64,000 bases of DNA, taken from contig CP110439.1 in assembly GCA_026914245.1 (NCBI GenBank), positions 682,001-746,000 on the forward strand, read 5' to 3'. The position numbers and the translations under genes were made by a program. The notes under the pieces are model-generated. The model made no database searches and was not told where the DNA came from. It saw nothing but the letters and a program-made list of their open reading frames with translations. The DNA comes from Puccinia triticina (Eukaryota). Shown piece after piece: positions 1 through 12,100 of this stretch (positions are counted from its first letter, which is position 1; each line of letters begins with the position of its first letter).

Positions 1-100
1 TCATTATCTATATTCCCTTTCCCGTATTTCACTTTTTCCCCCCGTGTTTTTTTTTTCTTTCCCCTTTCCGTTCCACAATCAACCTTCCATCCTCTCCACC

Positions 101-3100
101 ATGTCCGACGACAAATCCGCGCCAACCCAAAACCCCAGATCAGTAAACAGACTTGGTCCAATACCAGGTTTGCGTACAATCGACCGAATGACACCCAAAA
201 ATCCGACTCTGAAAACAGTTCTTGGGCCACAACTTCCTTCCAACAATTTTTTCCGACGACGTTTGGGCCGCGTACCATCAACGACCAGCAAAGGAGAAGG
301 ACCGTCCAACGAAGCTGGTATCGATAAAGGAAAAGGCCGAGCGTTCTCTGAAGAGCTTCTCAAAGAGACAACATTTCAGGCTAGAATCAAAGACCGAGTC
401 ATTGGATCCTCCGCCGCGAACTGGAGACGAACTGAAAACCCCCCAGCCCCTTCATCAATGCAAGCTCCGGTGCCTGAAGTTCGACCGCCGGCAATGCAAT
501 CCGACCTCCTAGCCAGCCTCATCGCCGAAATGCGCCTTCAACGCAAGGAGGATCGCGCAAGACACAAGGACCTTATGAATCGGTGTGATGCGGAGAATGT
601 CAGGTCCAATCAACGGGCTCTTCTAGACGAGGATGCCAAGATATCGGCCATTGTTAACGCGGCACTTAAAAAGCTTAAACCAGAACAGATTCTGAATGTT
701 GACGGATCGAATATCCAGTCGTGGGACAAAGCTCTCGGTGTCATAGCTTTCGAACGCTTTCAGGACGAATTCTTCTACACCCCAGAAGAGGACGCAATTG
801 TCGATCCGTACCAAGAGAAGATAGCGCGAGGGATCATCCACTCGTCAGTTCACCCCGACCTCATGTATGATCTCATTCGACTTGAAAACTCCGCCGAAGT
901 TTACAACCACCTACTGGTCAAATTCCGCGTCGTGAATCGAGCCAAGCAACTGCAAGCTTGGGAAACGTTGAAAAACCTCAACCCATCTGACTACGGCAGC
1001 TCAGCCGAAGTGATATCAGCTTTCGACAGATGCGCGAAAACTTTCATTGAACAAGGCATTGAGTTCACCTGGGATAACGTCACTGCGCTGATTTTCCAGT
1101 CGAACCTCAAGGATCATCTTCGACCCGCACTTGACAGAAAGGTTGATCTCTTCATGGAGACCCGAGATTTCCAACTACCTGCCTCCTCCGACGTACTGCA
1201 ACTGTGGGATTCGGGTCGTATTGAACACAGGCTAGCAGAAGAAACCGGAAGATCGGATACCTCGGCAATGAACATAAAGCTAGCTAGTCGATCGGACAAT
1301 GTCACCCTAGCTAGCCGTAGCAATACTAGTGTTTCAGGAACGAGCTCAGCGGCTGAAGAGGGTCAGCAAGTCAGCGCTCTGGCGCTGAACAAGCCACCTA
1401 TCTGCTACATATGCAAGCAGACCGGACACTACGCAACCAACTGTCCGACTAGCCGAAAAAACAACCCAAGCCACCAACCAGTGCCCAGTCGGCCCAATCC
1501 CAACTCCCAACCTCAATTCCCTCCATGCTTGGTTACCTACAACTTTGACCGAGTACCATACATCAAACCGATCCAAACAGAATCAAGGGATCCAGCGTCA
1601 ACAAAGTCGGCTTCGTCTCCTTTTGTCAAACCAAAAACCACACCCACCATGGCCAAGACAGTTGAGACACGGCAAATCAACCCGGACTTGTTCGCCGATG
1701 ATGAAGCGGAGAATGTTGAATATGTTATCAAAGGTGAAGATCTTTCTGCAGAACCAAGTGGTCAACGCTTCAACCTCCGAGAAATGATCATTCAACGTGA
1801 CGGCCAAGAAGTCATCTGGGACTCTGGCGCATCTGACAACGTCACCGGAGATAGGTACGCATTGCACGACTTCGTAACTCTAGAACATCCTATTGCTGTC
1901 AAAGTAGCAACTGACTCCAACTGTGACTACATTACAGGCATGGGTACCTTGAAGTTTGTCGGGATGAACAAGGCGATCATCGTAGTTAAAAAGGTCTTCT
2001 ACTGTGAGCGTGCCCGCTCTACCTTATTGTCTATCGCGGCGTTCAAGAAATCTAATGCGATGTTTTTCGTGAACGGGAACTTTGATTCTATAGATCTAGT
2101 CGACGGCAATGGAAGTGTCCTTCTCCATAGCGAATTTGACCCCATCCATAACACGTGGCCACTTCCAATTCCCACTTGAGCCATTGTTTCCTCTGTTGTT
2201 TCACCTTCTCATGTCCAAGTATGCAATGAATGCAGTCATCAAATTGATGCCAATTCAATTTTCAAGTCTCCAAATCTAGTGGAACATAGCCAGTTTACAT
2301 GGAATCCCGAGGAGCTGACAAATGATGAGAAGAAATTGCTGTTCTGGCATAGGCTTTTCGGACATGCGAGCCTACGTAAGATTAGACGGATGGTGAAACT
2401 ACAGCTAGGTTATGGTCTGCCCACGACAATGCCGACGGGCTCTATTAAGTGTCCTGTATGTTTGATCTGCAAAGCAACAAGGACTTCAGCACTTGGTCCG
2501 ACCAAACGATGTGTTGAACGCTTGTCGGTGGTATGTGTCAATCTGATGGGTCCCTTCGATACACCTACTATGACAGGAGGCAAATATGCTCTTACAATAA
2601 GGGATGTTTTTACGTCTTACAGTGAAGTGCGAATCCTCAAGGCTAAGAGCGAGGCAGCGGATATGATTACGCAGACAATCACCAGATGGGAAAACCAAAC
2701 CAACTGCAAAGTGAAAATTCTACGTTCAGACAATGGAGGTGAATTTGAATCAAAGGTTTTTGGTAAGTACCTTGGCGACAAAGGTATTGTTGCGGAGCGC
2801 TCACTCCCCTACCACCATTTTCAAAATGGCGCTGCTGAACGCTACAACAGAACAGTTGCAGACATGGGTAGAAGCATCTTGTACGACAGCGAATTAGGCA
2901 AGGAATTTTGGGGATATGCTTTTCTCTGGGCGGCTTGGACGTTGAACAGAATCCCAAATCGCATCACCAAAGACAAAACTCCGTACGAATTTTTCTTTGG
3001 TGACAAACCACAACTGGATTGGACGAGGGTTTTTGGTTCGAAAGCATACATCTTGGTAGCCCCCGAAAAACGGAAGAAGCTTGATGAACGCGCTGTTGAA

Positions 3101-4918
3101 GGCCTAGTCGTCGGGCACCTACCGGAATCAAAAGGTTGGATGTTCTGGATCCCTAAAACAAAGAAGCTAGTCTCCTCTGCATGGGCTGATTTCGGACGGA
3201 ATGCCCTACCATCGGGGACAGTCACTAGTGCTCCAATACCAGAGAAAGGATCCACCGCCAATCCACCCCATCCGTCACCGGCGCCCGAAGCTAAACACAT
3301 GGTCCTGAATGACTTCAGCCAAGAAGAATTAGTTGAACATCAAGAGACGTTAGTCGACAAATGCATGGAGAATTGTGCTGATAGCTCTTGCGATGTTCCC
3401 TCGACTTTCAAAGCCGCAATGCAATCTCCTGATGCAGCCCATTGGAAGCTGGCGATAAACACCGAACTAGAAAATCTGAAACGCAAGAATGTCTGGGTCG
3501 TTAAGAAACTACCATCGAAGCGGAGAAAACTAGGTGCGCGGTGGGTTTTTGCGAAGAAGACCAACCCTGATGGATCCATCAAATACAAAGCACGGTACGT
3601 CGCGAAAGGTTTCAATCAAAAAGAAGGCACCGACTTCGCGCATACCTTTGCACCAACGGCCACCTTCACTTCGATGAGAATTCTTCTGACAATTGCAGCC
3701 AGGAACAACTGGCCAATCTACAACTTCGACTTTGTTGCGGCGTATCTGAACGCGCCCATTGACGAGGAGGTATGGGTGCAAGCCCCTGAGGGACTTGACG
3801 TTAATGTTGGCGAGGCCTGTCTCCTGAGGCGCGCACTTTACGGGACGAAGCAGGCGGTGAGATGCTGGTGGAAACACCTCAGTGGTACGCTGGCCAGTCT
3901 TGGGTATGTATCGAGTTACTACGACTCCAGCGTCTATACTCTCAGCCGCAAAGAGGACAGATCAATCATCTGGGTACATGTAGACGACGGGATTGTCACA
4001 GGATCGTCAGACGAGGCCCTGAAACTACTAGAACAACAACTGAAAGGCTCTCTTGAAATCAAGTGGACTGAAGGACTAACTAGCATGGTGGGGGTGAAAA
4101 TCTTTAGGAATCAAGACGGTTTTGATTTGACGCAACCGCTCTTAATTGACAAGATTCTCAAGGAACGTTGGGACGGCGTGACCTTACACTCTACACCTCT
4201 ACCTGAAGGCTACACTGCCAACACGGACACTACCGAGGCGGGCATCAATAGCACAGATTTCCTTTCCACTATAGGGAGTCTCAGTTATGTTGCGGTTGGA
4301 ACCCGGCCCGATATCGCGTACAGCGTAAACTACCTAGCCCAATTCTCCAGCAGGCCCTCAGCGCACCACTGGAAAGGACTGAGACACCTACTAGGATACC
4401 TGGCTGAGACAAAAGTGACACCGCTCAGGATAGCACCAGACCGTTCAAACGGCCACCCGGTTGAATGCTTCGTAGACGCAAATTGGGGTGGAACCAACTC
4501 TAGGTCTACATACGGGGTTATAATTCGACTCTACGGTTCACCGATCATGTGGGTCTCTAGGCGTTTAGTAACAGTAGCAAGCTCGACCTGTCAAGCTGAA
4601 TACATGGCGCTGGGCCATGCCACGAGACACGCGCTGTGGATACGGAATCTTCTGTCAGACATCGTGGGAGTGAATTTCCCAGTGATGATACTTTGCGACA
4701 ACCAGTCTGCTGTTAAAATCGGTTGTGAAGACGCCTCGAACAAAAGGACGCACCACATTGAACGGGAGTTTTACATTACAAATCAGGCTTTATATGAGAA
4801 GAAAACAAGCATCAAGTGGATTCCAGGGAAGGAGCAAATTGCGGATGTTCTCACGAAGGCGCTGGGAAAGGCGGCACATCAAAAATGCAGGACAGTCATT
4901 CAAGGACTTATAACTTAG
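101..4918 (+). pseudogene. Copia gag-pol polyprotein interrupted by a single in-frame TGA (2177-2179)
   Basis: ORFs 44-2179 and 2279-4918 share a frame and the gap between them is open. Motifs: zinc knuckle CYICKQTGHYATNC, protease WDSGAS, WHRLFGH/CPVC, integrase RSDNGGEF and NGAAER, RT HVDD, RNase H FVDANWG/CDNQSA. The first integrase Asp reads N (VCVNLMGP). Confidence 0.9.
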
Positions 4919-5044
4919 TTGTTTTTTACGTTGTTCTCTTATGTTTTTTTTTCTCTTTCTTCTTTCTTCTTTCTTTTCTTTCCTTTCTTTCCGTCTATCT
5001 TTTCATTCTCTAATGTAGTGCAGGTTTCTTGTCGAGGGGGGGGA

Positions 5045-5167
5045 TGTTGTGACATTGTGTTAGATCTCGACTGCGACACCTGTCACAGCTCTTGTAGATA
5101 GACTATTTAGTTCACTTTTCCCATGTTATGTGAAAAGTATCACTTTCTCCGAGCTCACTCTCCAACA
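5045..5167 (+). repeat. 3' LTR of copia element 1 (~123 bp)
   Basis: Begins TGTTG directly after the PPT and ends CAACA. The right boundary cannot be confirmed without the 5' LTR. Confidence 0.75.
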
Positions 5168-5402
5168 GAGCTCACTGTGTGCCACAAAACAGCCCATGGC
5201 CTTTTGGTGGGCCAGATGGGCTAGTCATATGTCAGTGCAGGGAAACAGAGGACTGGAGGACTTCCTGTCAAATTTGAATAAATCTGGAATTTCAGATTTT
5301 GCAGGGAAATCTGAAATCTGGAACTCTGGATCACTTTGGGGACCTAGACTTCCCTGCAAAATCTGAAAAGTGATCCAGAGTTCCAGGTTTTAGATTTCCC
5401 TG

Positions 5403-6819
5403 CACTACAAGAAAAACTTGCAGAACTGATGCCAGGTGACATGCAAGAGCCCCAAAGAAGCTGGTGGTTCTATGCAAGCCTTTGTTCAAGGCTTCTGTTC
5501 ACCAAGCTTCAATGCACGGTGACTGTGCAAAAATAAACTGTCAAGTTGTTGGTCAACGCTGTGGTAGACGGAAAAGTGAAAAATCAAAAGTTTTTCCTCA
5601 TACATCTATTTACTCACCCTAGGCCTCAAGATACCACCAAATAGACCTCATAAATGGATTCTACGGCCAATTTTACCCCTAGTCTCCAATGGAAGCGTCA
5701 CTGGAACCCCGCAGGATTGGAAGTTACACCCTCTTGGACCCTCATGGACACGGCCAGCCTCAGTCATTAATTTGTCACACCCCTCAAGTCACCTTTCCCA
5801 GGTATACGCATACTCAGCCCCAGCCAAACACATACTCTTTTCTATCCCTCTTATCTCCACTGCATATGCAGGGGACCAACCCCATTTCTTCTGTATTTGA
5901 CATGTCCCCGCCTCATTTATGCACCCCTTGCAGCTGCATGCAGTCTTCTGACCCCATTTCTGCACTCCTTGCATTAGTCTGACACCACTCATGCACCCCT
6001 TGCATGAAGTACCTCTGTATTTGACATTTCCCCGCTTTGTTCATGTGGTCCTTGCATCAGTATGACATCATCTTTCATTTCTCACCCCACTTTCTGCCTG
6101 TATTTAGTATCTTCTGACACCACTTGTACGCAGCCCACCATCTAAAATCCCTCATCCAGGGTCCCCCTTGTAGCTAAAATCCCTCACATTTGTCTATATA
6201 AGGAGCTCTCTCCCCCCCAGTTGTTTTTCCCTCAGTTCAGTACCCACCAGTTATACAGATATCACCCATTAGCCAATATCATCACCCTTACACTTTTATA
6301 ACATACCATATCATCCCTCTTATCTGCAATAACCACTGAGCTCACTCTCATATTCTCATACTCTCATACCACTGGTTGCCCATCACGCACCTGTCACAAG
6401 TTACCCGGTTCCTGGTTCAACTCCCGACCAAGACATATACCCTTCTCAGTCCAGACACTCTTCTCAACTTCTTATATCACCCTCTCAAGGACCTGTGTTC
6501 AACCCCCACCGGAAACATCAAGTCAACTTTCACCCTTTCCATCATCATAAACCCTCTCAACTCTCACATACCTGTCATTGAACAACTTCATCTGGAACTA
6601 GACCAGACCTATCACTTGATTAAAACTTGCCAAGCTTAGCTTGGTGGGTCTTGTTATCTGATAGTATAGAAGGGCAGAGTTTGCACCTCCATCATCCCCT
6701 TCTCCATTCAGCAAAAGGGTTTTGCAACCACTTTTGAGTCTTACAACGCTACAACAGCAGTTACACAGGGGCATCTCACATGTCAACTGGCGTCTGTTGC
6801 AGGAGTTTTTCTTGCAGTG
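5403..6819. mobile_element. Non-autonomous CACTA (EnSpm) element
   Basis: TIRs CACTACAAGAAAAACT / AGTTTTTCTTGCAGTG (1 mismatch); 3-bp TSD CTG at 5400-5402 and 6820-6822. Confidence 0.85.
5560..6745 (+). mobile_element. Probable solo LTR (~1.2 kb) nested in the CACTA element
   Basis: TGTGGTA...TCTTACA ends, flanking 4-bp direct repeat ACGC, internal TATATAA at ~6196, strong CpG depletion; shares a motif (gattctac..ttttacccctagtc) with the minus-strand LTR-like sequence ending at 56492. Confidence 0.65.
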
Positions 6820-7785
6820 CTGCAAAATCTGAAATTCCAGATTTATTCAATTCCATGGAGGATTGGAGGACTTCCTGCCGATCTGGAAACCCAGATTTTC
6901 CCAGATTTTGCAGAGGACTTCCCGTCAATCTGGGAACTCAGATTTTTCCAGATTTTGCGGGGAAATCTGGGATCAATCATCCCAAATCCTAGATCTGCCT
7001 AGATTTCTCTGCAAAATCTTAGAAAATTTGGGTTTCCAGATCAAAGGGAAGTCCTCCACTGGAGGACTTTGAAATTCTGTCAATCTGGAATTTCAGATCT
7101 GAGCGGACAGATTTCAGATTTTGCAGGGAAATCTAGGTCCCAAAGAGCCCTCAAGTGATCCAGAATTCCAGATTTTAGATTTCCCTGCAAAATCTGAAAT
7201 TCCAGATCTATACAAAATCGATGATGAGATCAGAGGGCCCCAAAAGCTAGCTGATTTCCCTGCGAAAATCAGGCTTTTTGGGTCTACAATACATCCACCA
7301 TGCGAGGGTCACAGATGTGAAGGGAACTTGGGAAGTCCTTTAAGTCTCGGAAAAAAAAAGTCGACTCTAATCACGCGACAAATGATATAAGGCGCGACTC
7401 GGGCAGCTACCGATACGAGGTGCTCTCTCTATCGAGAATACATAAAACGACTTTTCGAGAGCAAAATGAGGACGATTGAGGGCCAGTCTCTTCGGGGTCC
7501 TATAGAACGAGCTCTTGGCGGGTTTTGTGCTTCCAGGCTCGATCGTCAGCCAGCCCCTCGGTTCTCGTTTGTCTCTCTAGGGAGACCGTCTCTATGTTGA
7601 CCGAGCTCGATAGCAGCTGAATCTTTGGCGGGCCTGTTCCCTCGTCTCTTCTTTCGCGGTGCATGTAAATAAGCTTTGATGTGATCCAGCCTTCGATTTT
7701 CTCTCTCAATCCGAATTTCAGCTTGTGGCTACATCTCTATAAACGAATCTTTTCTAACTATTATCGAGTCTTTAATACACGCAAG

Positions 7786-8506
7786 ATGGTGGTTTTAGGA
7801 AGACAGCTTAGTCTCGTACTGGGCCTATTGATGATGATGATGATGATGATCGCTGGACAAGACCCGTTCGACCAAAGATCTCCCTCAGGCTCTTCTGTAT
7901 ATAGTTATCCAACCACCTCGACCGACAACAGCAGCACTAATGTCAACCCCCATCCACGAACGACTTCTGATCCCACAACCAGCACGGGGATGGCTAGCGG
8001 CAGCAGCACTCCGGGGAATTTCACTGGCTCGCCAGCTACGCCGGTCTCTTCAGCTCCGAGGACCAACTCGTCCGCCGTCCCGCGCCCCTCGCCAGATCGG
8101 CCTACCGACACGAGTAACCCTCAGCAGCAGCCTCCCAGTGGGGGCCAGCAAGCTGGACCTTCCGGGACCAGCACTTCTCCTTCTTCTTCGTCTGGACCTT
8201 CCGGTACCAGCCCTCCTGCTCCTTCTTCTTCTTCTTCTTCCTCGACAGCAGTCCAGTCTCTCTACGGCGGGATGAAACCAGAGATCGTGATGGCGATAGT
8301 CTTGGGGGCATGTCAGTCTCCTATAGATACAATATGGTTGGTTATTTGATTGGTGCTGATAGACGTGCTGTTTGAAATATAGGTTTCGGAGGCGTTCTGC
8401 TTGTGCTTGGCTGTCTGTTCGTTTATACTCGTTGCGTACGCCCCCGGTTGATCGAGAGAGCCAAGCTGCGAAAGGCTGCTGCTGCTAAGGATTCTGGTGG
8501 CGATGG

Positions 8507-8538
<32 letters not shown>

Positions 8539-8612
8539 ATGGGCCGGAGAGTGGTACCGACAAGGAGGGTGCTCAAGCTGATCCGGCTCCAGATGGCTCG
8601 ACTTCGGTTTAG
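7786..8612 (+). CDS. Ser/Thr/Pro-rich type-I membrane protein (~251 aa; exons 7786-8311, 8383-8612)
   Basis: Hydrophobic N-terminus (LSLVLGLLMMMMMMIAG), S/T-rich ectodomain; a GT..AG intron joins a TM helix IVMAIVLGACFGGVLLVLGCLFVY, followed by basic residues and a short Ala-rich tail. Confidence 0.75.
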
Positions 8613-9141
8613 CTGATCCACTCTTTAGAAGCTGTTGTTGTTGTTTTTGTCTCCTTTTATCAGAAGTTTGTGTGTAAATAAATATATAACTTAGATGTAA
8701 TTCATCATCATCGAGTCTGGGTGTTCATGGTCGGCATTCAGCTGAAGAGCCACTCAAACTTGAGGCTTCAACAAAATCCTTCGACATTGCCGTTCTTCCG
8801 TCTTTCAGCTGCAGGTTCGGGGTCGGATGGTTTGCTGTGTGGGGTTTTTTTAAGCTTAACTATTGAGGTCTTTTTGGGCGATCGCCTAAGCCCAAGTTGG
8901 GGGATTATTCTCTGCTCGATGGTCGATGCTTGAATATCAAAATGGCCAATCTGGAATTCCGATCTAGGACGGTTGGGAGATAGATTGGGGCGGTTGCGCT
9001 GATGGCAGTTGGGAGGGCTGATTGAACGCTGATCATCCCCATATAAGCCAGACAGCCTTTTTCAGGACTTCGATGGGCTTCCCCCCATTTCGCGTTGATT
9101 TCCAGATTACTGTCAGCCTCTCCCCCCCAGTGTCAGCCAGG

Positions 9142-12100
9142 ATGGCCAACTCGCCCAAGCTGAAGCCATCGAGTGGGAGCAGCAGCACTGCCCAGCCGCC
9201 CCCGATCGTCATCCCCCACCTCCTCCTCGACCGCTCGCGACTCAAGCCGGTGCCCAAGCCCCAGCCAGCACCCGCCAAGCTCCAGACCCCGCAGGCATTC
9301 ACCCACCAGCTCCTCCCCCTCAGGGCACAGCTGCGAAACACCGCCAACCCATCCCCGCACTCAGCCATCTGCCAGAAAACCAGGAACAGCCCACTCGGCT
9401 TACTCAAACATACCCCCCCAGCACAGCAACCAGCACAGCAACATACCGAGCCAGAACAACCGGAACAGCCACCCCAACCGGAGCAACCGGAGCAACCGGA
9501 ACAGCCACACCAACCCGAACGATCGGAACAACCGGAACAGTCGCAGCCACCGGGACCACCGGAACAACCGCAACCACCGGGGCCTGAAGATACCGAATCG
9601 GAACAGCAGCATCCTGAGCCAGCACAGCCACATACCGAGCCAGCACAGCCACATACCGAACCACCGCAACCACATACCGAACCACCGCAACCACATACCG
9701 AACCAGTCCAACCACATACCGAGGCAGCTACCGAAGCAGCTACCGAGGCAGCTACCGAAGCAGCCACCGAAGCAGCTACCGAAGCAGCTACCGAAGCAGC
9801 TACCGAAGCAGCACCGCCTCACACGGAAGAGCCGAAGCCAGAAGCAGCCCAGGATACCGAAGCAGCAGATACCGAAGCCCCGCCGACCGACGCACGCCAA
9901 GCAGCGATGGCCGACAACCAGATCCAGGCATGGCAGCAGCACCCGGCAGCCTCGACGCTCGACCGGGCTAACTCGGCCGCCGCCCGGCTGGACTCGCTCG
10001 CCAGACTCACCGGCACCACCGAGCCCGGCACGGACCCGCCCGCGGACGCCAGCAGCCTGCCCCCGTTCCTGATGGCCAAACACATCGAGGAGACCAGCAG
10101 GAAGGCCGGGCTGGTGCCCCTGCCCCTGCCGGCCTCGCTCGGCTTCGGCGTCGGGCCGAACGGGCGCGGCGTCCCGAGACTGTCGGCCCTCCAGCGGAAA
10201 GCACTCGAGAAGATGGCCCAGCAGCAGCAGCACCCCGCTACCACCTCCCTCGCCCGCTCCCACACCACCACCGGCACCGAGTCCCCCAAGCGGGCCGCCC
10301 TCCCGCCCGACGGCGCCGACGAGCGCCAGCAGGCCCGGAGCAACCTCATCCGCAAACTATCGAGCCGAGGAGCCGCCGGTAGCAGTGCCCGGGCCAGGCT
10401 GCCCGGACAACCCACGCCGACGCCCGTCCCGCCGCCAGCCAGCAACCAGCCTGGCCCAGACCACCCCGGCAGCCAGCCAGAACCCCAGCCAGCCCTTCTC
10501 GACCAAAACAACAGCAACAACAACAACAACAACATGGCCGCCACTGACGTATCCCAGCCCCCACTGCGAGACTCGCTCACCTCACTCGACAGCCAGACCG
10601 ACCCAAAGCATGCCATCAGACTCAGCCCATCCAAGAATACCAGCAACCCACGGACACTCACTCACCCCGCTGGCCATCCTGAGACTAGCTGGCTAGACTT
10701 CTCCGAGCCCAGCTCGAGATCCATCGCCAGCCACAGTCCAGATCTCAACACCGAGGCCATCTCCGAACTCACTCTCGCTCCCACACCCGAGCCAACCGCA
10801 TTAGGAAGCCCCTCGGTCAGATCGAGCATCGTCTCCCGGCTCAAGGCCAGGACTTCCCTGAGCAGCCGCATCGACAGGAGTACGGCCACCGGCCGCTCCC
10901 CCTCCCCCGGCCACCCCCCATCCCGGCAATCCTCGATCGATCATGGCAGCGATGGCCCAGCGGACCGTCGACGCTCAGCTATCAACGGGGTGAATAGTCT
11001 CTTCTTTTTTTGCGGGAGTTCCTAGTTCCTTGGCTGACCAGACACACTCTAGAATCCCCGGGCCTCACGTCCATCCTACTCATCTACGGCCCAGCGCGTC
11101 CGGCCCAGCCCCACCGAAAACTCCCAAGACCGATCCAGACAGTCATATACCACACTCAGCAGCCGAGTGGGCTCTCCTTCCCCATCACAGTCAGTCCTAC
11201 CCCTTTCTTTTGTTGGCTGTGTCATCAGCTTGACTGAAAGCTCTTCATCCTAGACATACCCACAATGGCGATAGGCCCTTGCGACCCACCCGCGCACCAC
11301 CCATCACCCAAGCTCACAATGTCGTTGGAGGCCGGGGAACAATCTCGCACAAGAGCAGTGTCGACTTGGGTCCTTCCCAGTTCCCGCCCACCCCTCATCT
11401 AGTTCGAACGCACATGCCAGTAGCATCTGCAGTCGATCTGGCTCGATACAACGACCAAAAACTGGCTCCATTCCCTGCGCTCCTCAGCTCCTCCCCGCCA
11501 GGCTCTCCCGAACGGGCCAGATCTCCGCCCCGAAGCGCCCTCAAGTCCTCCAAATCTCAGGCCCACGGTATCCTCTCGAGCGCTTCCAACTTTTTCCGCT
11601 CGCCCAGCCGAAATCAGGACGAGAATGTGGCCCGGGCCAGCAGCCAGATGTCGTCCCCCCAAGCTCGAAGCGTGGTCTCCCCATCCAACTATCCCGTCAG
11701 CATGAGTCGTTCGAGCGAGGATCAGGAGGAGGTAGTCGAGCCCTCTCGATGGCAATCAATTGGCGACGCCGCGGGCAAGATGAGCGCCTCTGTTGAAGTC
11801 TCCCGCTCGCCGACTCTTGACAGTAACAGTAGCTCGCTGGCCTCGATGATCTCCAACCAACGACGAGAACAGATCCTAGCCCGTCTCTCCCCATTCCTCA
11901 GGCCACTCCATTCCAGCGCTCCACAGGACCACAGGTTGAATGACCCGCCCCGCAGACTGTTGTGGCACCAGCCCGTCCTCCAAGTCGTCAATGCTACCTC
12001 CGTCAAAGACCGATACCTCTTTCTCTTCAACGACATCCTCGTCATCACCAAACCGGTGATCGAGTTCGAGGATTGCAAGGGAGAGCTAGTCCCCAAACTA

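Larger units (their letters stand above)
1..5167 (+). mobile_element. Ty1/copia LTR retrotransposon (5' LTR lies outside the window)
   Basis: Domain order gag-PR-IN-RT-RH; polypurine tract GAGGGGGGGGA at ~5034-5044 followed by a TGTTG...CAACA 3' LTR. Confidence 0.95.
5255..7270. mobile_element. Cluster of GGAGGACTT-TIR MITEs (ANT target): copies start at 5255, 6865 (ends 7057) and 7061; the first is split by a CACTA element
   Basis: GGAGGACTTCC...GGAAGTCCTCC termini flanked by ATT/ACT; shared internal motifs (cagattttgcagggaaatctg). The same family occurs at 40088-40263. Confidence 0.7.

Noticed and set aside
2177..2179. Programmed stop-codon readthrough between gag-PR and pol
   Set aside because: The related copia 2 has Arg here and its own stop lies elsewhere in gag, and the 3' context is not a recognised readthrough motif. 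Mutation is the simpler explanation.
9033..10661. Long overlapping antisense and alternative-frame ORFs (244-299 aa, Cys/Gly-rich)
   Set aside because: Shadows of GC-rich coding minisatellites that lack stops; no independent motifs.
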